A stretch of 64,000 nt of DNA. It comes from Fimbriosthenelais zetlandica. Taxonomy: Eukaryota. A program made the position numbers and the translations under genes. Below the pieces are notes generated by a model that made no database searches, was not told the origin of the DNA, and saw only the letters and a program-made list of their open reading frames with translations. The stretch spans positions 15,562,001 to 15,626,000 of the forward strand of contig OZ365111.1 of NCBI GenBank assembly GCA_977030845.1, written 5' to 3'. Positions 12,030 through 41,190 of the stretch are shown piece by piece (positions within the stretch are counted from its first letter, which is position 1; each line of letters opens with the position of its first letter).

Positions 12030-15000
12030 TTATTTCTCGGTTAAGGAGAGTTCTAATATCCGCTGTAAATCGTCATCTTCTTGTCGACGTCGCTGAGCGT
12101 CTGCCTCCATCTCTTTTTTAGAGAGTTCCATTACCAGGCGTAGTTGTTCCTCCTCGTCCGTCTCCCCGACCTGAGAGTTCCCGGTACAGCCGGTTATAAC
12201 GCCAGGTCCACTTGTTAACTTCATGCTCTCCTCTAGTGCCCTGAAAATATTTTTTAAATATTTTATTATCAAGTTTATTATCAAGTTAAAAAGATATTTT
12301 GAACAGGGAGATATTCACCATTTAGAAAGAAACCATGTCGCCTTAAAAATAAAATAAGTTTTTCGTTCTATTTCACTAGCATATTGAGTAACCTGAAAAA
12401 AGCCATACCATAGTTAAAACAAAATAAAAATCTTCTCCTGTCCATTGCATTAGCATAACATATTTGACTACCGGTAATTCCAGCACTGGTCAACGAGCTT
12501 TCAGTAATCTCCACGTGAAAAACGTAATTCTAAATTAAAATATTTAATATATTTTCTAAAATAAAATAATGTATATATTGACTAACCTCTGTAGGAGCCG
12601 TTCCTCCTCAGCTTGGATGGAGGCTGGAGACCTAGCACCTGGCGGCCCCGCCTTGTTCAAAGCTTCCCAGAATGTAACCTAAAAATAGAGACAACAAGCT
12701 CAATGTTGTTTGTTCAAATAATTAATGATGGAATGTTGGAGATATTGGGCGAGGGCTTTTCAGGAAGAGCAAGAATCTCTATTGGAACACGATGGCCTGC
12801 TCTTCTTGAACGGCAGCAATTGTTCCTTTAAAATGTGTCTAAGTATGACAGTGGAAGACGTGGCTGGCCATTGATCCATGTGAGCAGCACAGAGTGGAGA
12901 AGGACAATGGGTTGAGATATTGGGAGATACCAGTTATGTAATTGATCCTACCTGGTCGTTTTCAGTTCCTGGCTCCAGTAGACTCTGCTGTATGGCAAAC
13001 TGGAGAAGTTCATCATCTTCGTCTCTCATCCTGCCCGCATCATGACGACCTGCGTCACCTAAAACAACCACACACATTTCACTTATCATAATTGTTTAAA
13101 TTAATTCAATTAATTTAGACCGATATTTAACTGCTGAAATCCAGTCGAAGTGTACATGTATACAAATTTAACCTAAAATATGGGTTTAGTGTAGTGTAAT
13201 TATTACAGGGTAGCTTGCCTAGCAGAGCCCGAGAAACCCGAGATTCTCTACAGTCCTGTATGGGATAGTCCTTATGTGTAGCAGAGTCTGGGTCTCTCGG
13301 GCTAGCCTAGAAGTACACCTAAACTTGCAACAGGCAAGCTGTTGACCGTTCTTTAGATTTTTGATTTTTTTAAAGAAAATAAAAAATACTTCTTGGCTTA
13401 CTAACCTACAACAGAGTAAGATTCCGGCGCCTCGAAACAGGCCTCATCTACAGCACAACAGGTCGGCACTTCCTCCGCCTCATTCCTGATAGGATGTACT
13501 CCCGGAGCCTCGCTGTCAGCCGCAAATATGTTACCAAAGGTGATACGAGCATTTAACACGTGGAATAGTGGGATCTCTGAAAATCAGATAATAAGTGTCA
13601 GGAATTAGTTTTGACATAACTTTTGTCTGTCTTTAAAGTCGCAGAAACTGTTGAAAATGTTGATCATTTAGTTTAGTTAAGACTTTAGAAATGACTTTAT
13701 CTGAAAAAGCGCAGTGAACGCAGATTTTTAGTCAATAAAAGACTTTAAAAAGAAACAGAGATACGTTGAAGCAAGGAGGAAACATGCTGTCGGCGCAAAA
13801 GATTGTTTTATCGATAAGCAGTATTAGATCTTTCACATACAGTACTTTGTGTTAATATATAATTTAACTCACCTATCTTGACAGGGAAGCCAGCCGGTAG
13901 TTGAAGGGTAATGAAGTCTTTAAGTTTCTTGAAGTGAGCATTACTTGCTGCCATTAAATCAATAATTGGCACCACCTGTAATACAATATTTCACTTTAAC
14001 AAAATAATAGCTCCTATGGAATGATAAATTACTATTAAATATATATAGATTTCCTAGCAATAACATAAAGACATGATGTATAGAGACATAAAGAGTAAGA
14101 CTAACCTGTTCTGGCAAGGACAGTGGGTAATTTTCACTAAGCCAAAGATTAGCTTTGAACTTCTGAGTTTTAGTAGTTTGTTCGATTGGGCGTCCGATAT
14201 CCCGCCCTGCTAGGTCTATCATACTATTAAAGTACTCTTCAGGAGTGATGGATGTTGGGTTGTTGGCAAGCGTCGTCACCTCCTAAAAAATTAAAATAAT
14301 TTTTAGATACAGTTCAATCACATTCAATTCATCAGCCGAACAAGAAGTGTATTGCTGACCCCATTGGCAGTAGCGCCCTGTTCAGAGGTGGGTGAAGTCA
14401 CCGACTTCTCGGTTTGTTCGGCGATCCCCAGGAAGGATTCCAGCGGTGTCCTCACCACTTTCTTTGTCTTCTCCTTGTCTTGTTCTGTCAGATGTTCGGT
14501 GCGTGTCTTGGTGACTAGTTCCACATTAGTAGCACTGAACACCTGAAAAAAAAATCATTTTCTACATTACTTTCAATTTCACTTAGCAATATGAAAGTTA
14601 ATATCATTTTAATATCGTAATTTATATAATTAAAAACAGATAATTAAGGGAAGATCTTACCTTACAGTCAAATCCGTTGACTGGCTCTGATTTGTCGCTT
14701 TTCCAGCCCCATATTCCTGATTTATTCCTGAAAGAAATATGGTAACATTAATTTATAGGTTTATTTTAATAGAATATCTAATAATTATTGTTCTTCACAA
14801 ATATGTATGTCAGAAATGGCAAGAATTAAAAATATAGTTACTCTTTGCTAATGAGACTTAATTACAAAGAAAAAACTAGATATTTCTCCAATATCTCAAG
14901 GAATAAACATGCAATTCAAATAAGAAAGAATTCCTTTGTTAAACTCAAGGATCAAAAACTGAATTTGGGGCGTGGGGTGGGGTAGTGTCCAAGAAGGGGT

Positions 15001-18000
15001 TAACTCGAAAACTGACAGGCAACTGTAGGGGGAAATTTATCATAACAATTAATATTATATATTGTGAAATTTAAAATGTAAAATAGACAGTATGAGATCG
15101 CCTTATGATGAACTACGTACGATATAAATATATCTGAAACTCTTGATTTCTATTAAATTCAATAAAAATATGCTAAACTTGGTAGAAATTACTCGAACCA
15201 ACATATCTCCAATTTAATTGACCCAGACCAGATGACTTTGAAAAGAAAGCAAATTACATTTTATAACCAATCAATAATCAACTTACTGTCTTGTGCAACT
15301 AAACACTGGGACCCTAGCCCTACCACTCTTATTCTTATGTATCAAAGTGAACAATTCCCCATTGAAGCCCCAATTAATTGGAGACGGCAATACATTTGAA
15401 ACCAGGCACAATGCAGGCACTCAGTAAATTCCATAATAACATCACCAAATGCCACACATACAGTATGAACGAATCGATCCCAAGTGAAAAAGTAAACATC
15501 ATTTAGATGCAGGCAAAGCTTGCTTGTGATCCATGGTCAATTAGCAGTGCCAATAATAAAAACGTCAAAATAAACATTAAACTTTAGTGGACTCGACTTG
15601 TGAATATGGGAAGGCCAATTTGCATGCATTGCTAAATGAGTGAAAAATCCTCACTTGCTCCTTTCAAGCACATAAAGGAGGAAAATAGGTGAGACAAGTT
15701 TAAGCTTCTCTCTACTAGTTTTAATAGTTAAGAGTGAATATTTTTATATTCAAATATTTAAATTAGAAATTAAGAATGAAGTGAAATGTGGGGTGGGAAT
15801 GTGACGAGTTAAAATGTGGCTGGTGAGATACGCATATCTATTTTTATACTATTAAAGTGAAAGAATTTCCTATATAAATCCCCAAACATTTTAGATACCA
15901 AGCGGTTTCATATCCAGCTCTTACTAACTTAGGTGTTAAGACTGTCTTAACAAGTAAATAAGAATCAATCATATAGATAAACACTTTGCATGGTATATTC
16001 CTCATGTCAAAATGGTAGAATAGTTCAAGCTTGATCTAAATAAAAAAGATCTAAGATTGAATACACATCGAATCAAATACTTATATTTCAAAAGGTTAAC
16101 AGTTGTGGATTTTAGAATAGATGTCTTAAATAGTTAATAGTTTTAATAGTTAAGAGTGAATATTTTTATATTCAAATATTTAAATTAGAAATTAAGAATG
16201 AAGTGAAATGTGGGGTGGGAATGTGACGAGTTAAAATGTGGCTGGTGAGATACGCATATCTATTTTTATACTATTAAAGTGAAAGAATTTCCTATATAAA
16301 TCCCCAAACATTTTAGATACCAAGCGGTTTCATATCCAGCTCTTACTAACTTAGGTGTTAAGACTGTCTTAACAAGTAAATAAGAATCAATCATATAGAT
16401 AAACACTTTGCATGGTATATTCCTCATGTCAAAATGGTAGAATAGTTCAAGCTTGATCTAAATAAAAAAGATCTAAGATTGAATACACATCGAATCAAAT
16501 ACTTATATTTCAAAAGGTTAACAGTTGTGGATTTTAGAATAGATGTCTTACCTCTCAAAGGATATTTTCTCTGTATCGATGAATGTAGTGACAATGGGGG
16601 CAGTGAGACGGGCAGCAACCTGATCATCCGATGGTACCAGTAAATCTATGTCAGGAGACTCGGGCAGTACTTGCATTGTTTCTGTATAAATCTGGTGGAG
16701 GTCGTGGTCTACCTCCATTACCAGGGCGTGGTCAGCTAAATCAGAAAACAAAATACCATTACCATTTTAATGATTTATGAACATTTTAAAAACGAAATAG
16801 TTGAAAAAGCTATACAATTAAACAAGACATGGACAATGTGTGATTGTACTGTGTTATAACCAGCATTTTTTGTCAAAAGGCATATATCAAAGTTCCACAA
16901 CGTTTAACCGATTAAAATTAGAATATTGCGTTGTCAAAAGGGACATTTTTGTTTAAAATTCAATTTACCAGTTCCTTTGAAAATGTAGCTCCTGCTTCCA
17001 CGTTGCCAATTCATGTTGTCAAATCCTAATAAAGTTGTGTCTATGCGTACATTTGGACCTGGAAAAAGTAGTAAAATTACCTTGTTAAAAGTTTAAAATA
17101 TTTTACACCGTAGGTAATGACATTGAAAATGACATGTTGATTTCATATTTCAGGTATAATTTGGATGGCTACTTACCACTTTTCCAAACTTTGTACACAT
17201 CACTTGGACACATTCTGGAAACTAATGGTACTGTAAGGAAAAAAAGATTTGCTTAAGAATTGACATTGAGGGTAGACAAATATTGTAATTATCACTGTGA
17301 CTGAATTGCACTATTGCTCTAACCAAGTAGCATACTAACTGCAGACAATTATAAAAAAACATCAATCCTGGAAAACCCATACAATTTTGGTTGACATAAT
17401 CTTACCCCAGCTCGTAAACTCCCATTTCATCTCTACATAGAAATCTGGTGCATCACGGAGCTTCTGTAGGAGTTCAGGCACGCCTTCGGTGCGTCGCTGA
17501 TAGCGCTGGAAGTCCCTATACTGGAGTGCTAGTTGGACCAGCTCAGGGTCTCCAGTACTCACAGCTTCCTGGGTAACTACAAGATATAAAACAACAAATA
17601 ATACAGGAATCAGGCAAGGCTTAATCATGAAGATATTGCCACTACCTCTGACCCGATTTTCCTTCTAATTTTAGATGTTAAAATACCCTCCTGAAGTGAC
17701 CACCTCCTATAGTATAATTACATGTACAAAAGGTGTTCGCATTAGAGGATGAGCAGTGTACATGTGTATATATATTTGTATTCAAGTCTTCTTTTGAAAT
17801 ATATCTAGCACTTTATTGTGCTCCCAACCCAACAATTTTGAACCACTAACTACTTCCTGCGGTTCACATACGAAATTAAAAATGATAAATTTATTTTAAA
17901 ACAGTGGGATTTTTAACTTTTGAAAATAGAAGATATCCCTGTACTGACCACTCCAGTATTTGGCGTTTTCACCATTGGCATTTGCTCCGTGTTTGAAGAG

Positions 18001-19530
18001 AACTCTCGCACATTCTAAGTGACCGAGGGTCACGGCGAGATGGACCGGGGTACGTCCACGAGGATCCTTCCTCTCCAAATCGTGCTGGTGTTAGAAAAAA
18101 ATGTAAAAGTAAAAACAGAACTGACTTTCACAATAGTGTATTGTGTATTATCCAGGTCAAAAGCATAGGCAGACATAATCCATATATATTATATACCGGT
18201 ATTTATTCCGAAAAGTACACATTAAAGTTTTGGTACATATGAGAGCATAATATACCGTATATTATGGAATAGAGCTAGATTAATGCATACATGAACATAT
18301 GAACTATTTGATCATAATGACATCGGACCTATACCGTATAGCTATGGTAAAATCCTTCTCTGGATTATTAAAATGGGTCGGTTTCAATGGATTATTGGAA
18401 TAGGGACTTATCAATGGTATGTTAAGATTCAAAATGTAGTATATATATGACTGTCAAAATCACTGTGCCACATATAGGATGTGCCCATTAAGTTATTGAT
18501 TAATGATTCATTTCAGATTACTACAGTTATTTTATTGAGCCTTGTCAACTATTGCCAAATATGCACACTGAAGAGGAGGATCAGAATACACATTGGGAAA
18601 GTTTTGCTGATTAGCAAATATTATCTACCAGGAACATCCATAGACAGTACCTATCGCTCTGATGCAAAAAAAACCCGCTTATCATCGATCTAAATAGTGG
18701 GCGTGGTCAAAAGCCTGTTCGACTATTTTTGACATGGTTCCAAAAGCTTGAATGAATGGACAGTGCACCATGCGGCTTAACATCTCGTCGGTTTAGCAAG
18801 ATATACATGTTCTGGCCTTCCTTAAACACATCATCATCTGACTAAACAGTGCCAAATGGCCATGAGTCATATATACTGTGATGTGAGGTAACGTCAAATA
18901 ACCTTGTGCAAGGCTACTCTACCTGGATATATCCATCGATGTTAAAAAAAAATAGGCTAATTCACACATAAATTGGATATTTACAGATTACAATTTAAGC
19001 CATGAGGACGAAGTAAATTAAAAGTACAAAGCTAATAGCTATATTAGGTAAATGAAGATAAAAGTTAATTACAAAGAGAAGTGTATTCTAATGTCTAGTC
19101 TAGGTAAACCAATTATAATATACCCGTACTTATATTATAGCCTAGGCAAATGGAATGGCCGGTATCACCAGGAAGAAAATTATTGCAATGTTGTGCAAAT
19201 AGAATACAGAGCTAATGTCTTTCTTCATGAAAAGAACCAACCACATCTTATGTGCGTTCAGAACAGATACCACGGCTCTAACCCTAAAAGTGGGCCAGAA
19301 AAAGGCAAATTCATCATCTCAGATGTTACGTACCACAATCTTCTAACTAATGCCTCCCCAAGGGGAAAGAGCCTGGGATGGAGGCGGGGACAAGATACCA
19401 CGGCTTCTTGTGGAATTTTCAACCCATAACTCACCTCCCCTGCTTCCAACAACTGATTGAGTTCTTCATTCTGGTTATGCCAAACTAGCCAATGCACTGG
19501 AAATGTTTCACGTATATTTTTGGCCGACAT
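12030..19530 (-). CDS. ANKRD13: Ankyrin repeat domain-containing protein 13 (ANK + GPCR-chaperone domain + C-terminal UIMs), 613 aa
   Basis: 14 exons: 19530-19435, 18084-17949, 17576-17406, 17230-17177, 17058-16969, 16735-16552, 14727-14661, 14542-14360, 14282-14106, 13975-13873, 13576-13406, 13058-12952, 12678-12587, 12240-12030; total 1842 nt. Motifs [72 protein letters not shown]-like [11 protein letters not shown] and [14 protein letters not shown]. Confidence 0.95.
15716..16550. repeat. Tandem duplication: two apparently identical 413-bp copies (15716-16128, 16138-16550) with a 9-nt spacer
   Basis: Both copies read identically by eye, offset 422; located in ANKRD13 intron 6. Confidence 0.93.
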
Positions 19531-20292
19531 CGAAGCGTGAAAATAAAATGACGATGCACAAGATAAGTCCGGCTGCGATGAAAACAATATGCTGACAGCG
19601 ACAAGTGACAGCAGACAAGAGGCTCTGATGGAAGGAGAACCAATCAGAAAGGAGGACTCAAATAGGTTCTGGGATTGACCGGAAGTTGATAGTTGATCGC
19701 TAATCAGATCCTTTCTTTCATATTGCTTTGGCTGGCCCATCCGGATGTTGAAGGTCTCCAGCCAATCAGATGACTTCTTTTAGGCAACTTCGGTAGAGTG
19801 GGCCATGTTTTTGTTTGACTGATCGAGTGTCGCTTAAAATGGACACTTGGGACTTAACACTCAAAATAAACACTTTCCAAACAAGTCTATATGCAAAAGG
19901 ATAAAGCAGCCGTGGCCCCATGTCTGTCACATCAGCTTGTTTCAAATAAATGTGTCAGGGATTTTCGGTTAGTTTCTGTACAGTCCGGTGGTGGCGTAGT
20001 CGTACAGTGTCTCTATTAGTTTCGCATTCCATCCCCCTAAAAACAAGGAAATCAGTTATCTATTGTTGTATTTTATAATTTTGAATAGCACATGCATTTT
20101 CTCGTATGAAATAAATTTACTCTGAAAATGGAAGTAGATTTCTAAAAAAACATAGAATTCATACGAAAATGTTATAGGCGCCAACTCTGCACCCACCATA
20201 TTTACTTCTTCCAGCAAGGAAGAGATTTTGTTCTTGGGTCTATGACTTTGGCTTCAATTTTTTGGATATTCGCATGACCCTAGGCGATCCCG
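19531..20292. promoter_or_regulatory. Bidirectional promoter of ANKRD13 and GIT
   Basis: 762 bp between divergent ATGs. CCAAT boxes at 19640 and 19762; ETS/GABP-type CCGGAAGT at 19679-19686. Confidence 0.7.
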
Positions 20293-35975
<15,683 letters not shown>

Positions 35976-38458
35976 ATCCACGAAAAGGTATTGGGAACAG
36001 ACTCTTGTCAAATCCATCAAGCATGGAGATTTTAGAAATTGTCAAAATTAATAATTTTCACATAAATATTGAGATTTTCAAGCGAATAATTATGACCATT
36101 CTCTAGGTTTGTATAAATCAAAAACCACTGTAAGAGAAAAGTGTATTTAGTGAATTTTAAAACTTATTATGATAATTCCAGTGGTATCGTCTGTCCAGTG
36201 GTGTCTCGGAATGATATGTGTACCTATAGATGATTGAACAAAGCCGCGTTGTTCCCGCATAATAAAATAATACTAGGATGGATTATACATTATATGAGAT
36301 GTAAAATCCTTGTAGTAGATAGTCAGAGGTTATAGATCTCTTCACAGGTCAGAATACAGTGACCACTATAACTGTGAGTTAATAATACGTGCTTTGTATA
36401 GTCTCCAGTCCCCCAGTCACACAAACAACTGCCACCGTAATTCCCACTTTATTGCAGGTTTATAATAATTATTCATTATCCTCAGTCACATTATATAGGA
36501 GCTACTGAATGATCTCCTCTTCACATAGATTTATTTGCACAAATTTTTATTATTTCTTTATATATATATGCACACGTGTGAGATCTGTATGTGTACATAT
36601 GCAAATGTACAGACATAATTATTGAATATATTAGCATATGATCACATACAAGCATGTGCTAAGCGCCCTGTGCTGCCGCACCTCAAGATTGAGGGTGTTT
36701 ATATAATGTATTTCAGTTTTTTATATGTTGGAAAGTTGACCACTGGAAGAGTTTATATGCATAATTATGATTGGCGATAGTTCCAGGCTTGATCAAACAC
36801 TGAGTTGGTTTCATTACTTAAGAAACCGCGTAAAAGAACCAACTGGCATTGGTCCCCGAGCGTTCACTCTATGCTCCTATACCACCATGACTATAATATA
36901 TTTAAATTGAACTTTTTTATTTTTACACACATCTCTTTATGCATAATTCTCTCGAAGTTTTTTTCTTGACCACATATTTTTTCCATTAGATCATTTACCT
37001 GCAAGGAGGACTAGTGGACCCTTTCTTTTTGTATTATGAAACTATGATATTCTGCATTAGTAAATTGTATTCTAGTGGCTAAAATTTCTAAGAAATATTG
37101 GGAATAGGGTAAATAAGGGTAAATATTTAATACTGGTCTTCATGGCCATAGGGGCAGACCATCCCACCGAAAGAAACAATAATATTATCAGCCCTTGTGT
37201 TGCCTGTCTTAGACGGGTGAACTTTGTAATATTTGCCCGATTGGTGCTCTTAGTATCGTAGATTGTGATTTTTTTCTCCATTATTTAAATTATTCCTCCT
37301 CGGATTGTATCGCTCGTGTTTAAAAAGAATAACTTGGTAGTCATGACAACGTGTCTTATTGGGCGCCAGTTTTCATTAGTTCTGGCCTTGTGCTCAACCG
37401 CTAAAACCATGTTGTTATGGAGTTTTTACCTCATGTTGGTATTTCTCTCTCCCATTCAAAAAGGTTTGTGTATGATAGTCCTTTTTGATTCACATATATA
37501 GTCATTTTAACTAGAGGCATGAATATTAAAAATAGGTTGCTCATATTTCATGTATATGTTATGATGTGGATACAATGTTAACCATGGACTTTCCACTGGC
37601 AGTTATCAGTAACTATGTATCACTATTAGAAGTGCATCTTCCAAGTGTTGTGATGCTAAAATACATGGGATGTTTTACAAAAAAAATTATTACCACTAAA
37701 TTAGTCAGATATATATGATATCACTCGTTCTTGCAATGTGTCAAGTGGATATGTGTGGGTAGCATTCAGATATATATTGGCCTGCACTTCAATAAGTTGC
37801 AGCTTGGATAACCAATGTATGTTTCTAGGGTTTGCCTCAGTGTAATTATTCCTGTAAATTTTCACATTTTATATTTCTAGCGGTACATACTATGTCATCA
37901 ATGTTACCTTTCACTCGCCATTTTTGAACTATTTTTCCCTGAAGAAACCCTCGATGGTTCTAGGATTTGTACATTGATTGCGCTGTGACATTTTCTTACT
38001 GTTAAGGTCTATGAGGGTGGTAGAGGGGTAGAGGGAAGTTGTATTATAAATTGATATTTTCTCTCCGCTTATTTGCTGACAGGGTTCTCAGATTTTAGTA
38101 ACAGAAACTCCTCATAAAATCAATGAATCTTCTGGCCCAGGAATATGTTGATACGAGAGTAACTTTGGCTGATTTTCTATTCTTATTGGGGTCGTTATGC
38201 AACAATACTTTAGCCCATGATTGTACCGTGGGTCGATTCACCTTAAAATGATATACCTCTCAAATAGATACACGATCATGTAGGGGCATTTTGTTGTTAA
38301 CCTTACTATCCGTTAACACTTCTAGCCACAGAATCCTTGCCTTTCTAACTCCATATAATATTATGTGGGACACAAACGTCTGATTGAATGGGGGGCCATG
38401 CTAAAAATAACACAGCATTACATCAACCACCATCTGGATTAATATCCAATGCCAGGAA

Positions 38459-38561
38459 TGCATTATCACAGCTTGGGGGAAATCTCTGACATTGAAGTTC
38501 ATTATAGGAGTGCATTATCACTGCTTGGAGAAAATCTTCGATATTGAACTTCATTATAGGA
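38459..38561. repeat. Two diverged 52-nt tandem copies
   Basis: TGCATTATCAC(A/T)GCTTGG...TTCATTATAGGA occurs twice, downstream of the GIT stop. Confidence 0.75.
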
Positions 38562-39067
38562 CGAGGCACCCAATCGCAATATCCACAACTTTCGATTCAA
38601 AAGCGATGTAAATTGTCTGCATCTATATAATAGACAGAGCTAGCTGGATTCAGAAAGATGTTGGTTTCGAGAGCAGTTCCAATTTAGTTTGATAACGGAA
38701 TAGTTGGGTTTCATGAGACGTTTGTAAATGTTTTGAGTATGGGGGCCATACCCCCCTGGAGCACCATCCATACAGGCTGTCCCTGGGTGTGTAAATACTT
38801 GTACTTATAGTCCTTCACTGTACATTCATCGATTTTTCATCCATGTGTCTAGTACCCATCTTACGAGCTAGTAACACATTGATATGTTGGTGTTTTCTGT
38901 TGTTGCTTTCCTGTGTGGTGGTCCATGCTTTTGTGGACCGAGCTGTTGTCTGCTTCTTAGTGCTGGCGCTGTTACTTTCATAGTGTGATCCAAATCTGAG
39001 ATTCTGCTCTCACATCACAGAACAAAGGGTGATCAAACTTTCCCTAGCTTGGAATATATCGTCCCAT

Positions 39068-39182
39068 CAGTGGCGGATACAGCATTTTATAAAGCCTTGT
39101 CACCCCTCAAAATCATTTAAACATCAAAAAACCATCTCTGAAATGGGGTTTTGACCCCCTGGACATCCCCACTGGAGCCCTG
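39068..39182. mobile_element. Degenerate MITE related to the 53602 element
   Basis: Left end CAGTGGCGGATACAG; decayed right end CTGGAGCCCTG; similar size (about 115 bp). Confidence 0.4.
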
Positions 39183-40779
39183 AGTTTATTATATAGAACT
39201 ATACATAGTTCTATGATATATCTGACCCTTTAACCCTAATATCATTGAGTTGATGGGTTAATTTCGTTGAGGTTTTTTTATGAGTATATTTGTAGTTAAT
39301 TTTTGTATTAATTTGCCTTTTTGAATCTCATGCAACTTAATGTTGTCACATTCAATCTGTGTTTTGTCAGAACAAGAATTATTCATCTTTAGTTAGAGTC
39401 CTAGCAAATATTCAGATAGCACCGCTTCTATGAGAATATGACATAGGTTTTTGTTGGTTTAAATCTTCCATTCTCATTTGATAATGCTCTTCGACTTTAT
39501 CTGCATCTAGCACTAGAATATACATTTTTCTTATCTTTATTGTGCAATACGTGGGATGTTCTTTTTCGCTGCAATTCTTGTGGTTGGAACCTTCAAAGTA
39601 AATGGATTTTCTGAAACCTCTTTTTAAACATGGATTTAAAACATTGATATATATCATAATGGGCTGTTTTTGTAAAAAATAATATTTGAATTCTTCAGAC
39701 TATATTGCTTTTATGCGAGATTCTGAGTTTTGAAAGGCATTTTGTCCGATTCAAGATCATTCCTTTACGGAGTTGTCTATATGAAAGAGAAATTATTGCT
39801 TAAAATATTTAAAAAGATATAATAAAGTATTTAAGTACTTAAGCATTTGACCATCCAGGGATGTGTTAAAAGCTAGCTATTAAAATTATAGTGTTAATCA
39901 AACGAGAGTTGGGGAGCCAATCTTTACTAAAGTATCAATGTATAAATGAATGGCATATAAATGCCCCATCTATTGTATGTGACCCTATGTCTATGATAGT
40001 GCCCTGGTTAGGGTTAAATCTATGTATGAACTCGATTCATGAGTCATAAAATGAATATACTGCTGGGTTATAATGATTAAGATTTCTACTCTTAAAAATG
40101 TTAGATACTTGTATCAGAAACATGGTCTGGGCACATGGTTAGAACGTGGAATGTTGTATTTGTAGATTGCCATATTGGCCAAGATACAAAAATACGATAT
40201 AATATTTGGCTATGGTAGACCAGTGTTGTTACCATACCGGAAAATCCGTGTAACCCAATTGTAAGTACTTGTATAGTAGTTCTAGCACTTTTTGTACATC
40301 CAAATATATAGGTAATAAATATTTAACTTCAATAATCGTTTTTTTACCTTTCTTACGACAAATTTCTGTTTAGGAAATATGTTTTACGAAATCAGTTTGT
40401 ATTAATAATTGTTGTAAATTTATTTCACTCAAGAACAAATTCAATTCAACAGATTCATTCGGTATTGGAAAGCCAGCTCCTTCATTTAGACCGACCCTAC
40501 TCTGCCCTTTCTCCCAATTGTAAAACAAAATATACAATGAAAACATTACTACTTTCGTAGTGCGACTCTTGCAATTCTTCCCTGCATGAGAAGTGTCAAT
40601 ATTGTAATGAACCCCTTTGAAAGTGTCCATTCGTTCAGTATCTATTCAATCTCATTGAGACATGTCCATTCATCTCTCAAACCTTTATCGTTACCTGCAC
40701 TCTCATATGAACCTGAACCTTCTGGGGTTGTATACTAATTTTTCACCTCAGAGGTTCTCTGTCCTCTTGCGCCATTTTT

Positions 40780-41190
40780 ATCTTCGTTCCTCTCACTCCA
40801 CCTCTATCTACTTATCCTCTTGCTCCGTTTTTACCTCAATGTCCTCTTGCTCGATTTTTTTCTTGTCTTCTCGCTCCACTTTTATTTCCTTGTCCTCTTG
40901 CTGCAAATTTATTTATTTCTCCACTTTTGTCTCCTTCTCCTCTTTGACCACTCCTTTCTCCTTCTCTTGGCCCGCTTCTTTCTCCTCCTCTTGGCCCACT
41001 TCTTTCTCCTCCTCTTGGCCCACTTCTTTCTCCTCCTCTTGGTCCACTTCTTTCTCCTTCTCAAGGCCCACTCCTTTCTCCTTCTCTAGGTCCACTCCTT
41101 TCTCCTTCTCAAGGCCCACTCCTTTCTCCTTCTCTAGGTCCACTTCTTTCTCCTTCTCCTCTTGGTCCACTTCTTTCTCCTTCTCCCCTT
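40780..41190 (-). repeat. Purine-rich 24-nt minisatellite at the TRMT2A 3' end (E/K-rich in one frame)
   Basis: Units such as GAG AAG GAG AAA GAA GTG GAC CAA and GAG GAG GAG AAA GAA GTG GGC CAA; decays with stops below 40913. Confidence 0.85.

Noticed and set aside
12700-12900. Coding-looking GC-richer patch in an ANKRD13 intron
   Set aside because: All sense frames tested from plausible acceptors hit stops, and no good donor was found.
19531-19740. In-frame upstream ATG giving a 70-aa N-terminal extension of ANKRD13
   Set aside because: Overlaps CCAAT and ETS promoter motifs and has no similarity to known ANKRD13 N-termini; ATG 19530 matches the family start.
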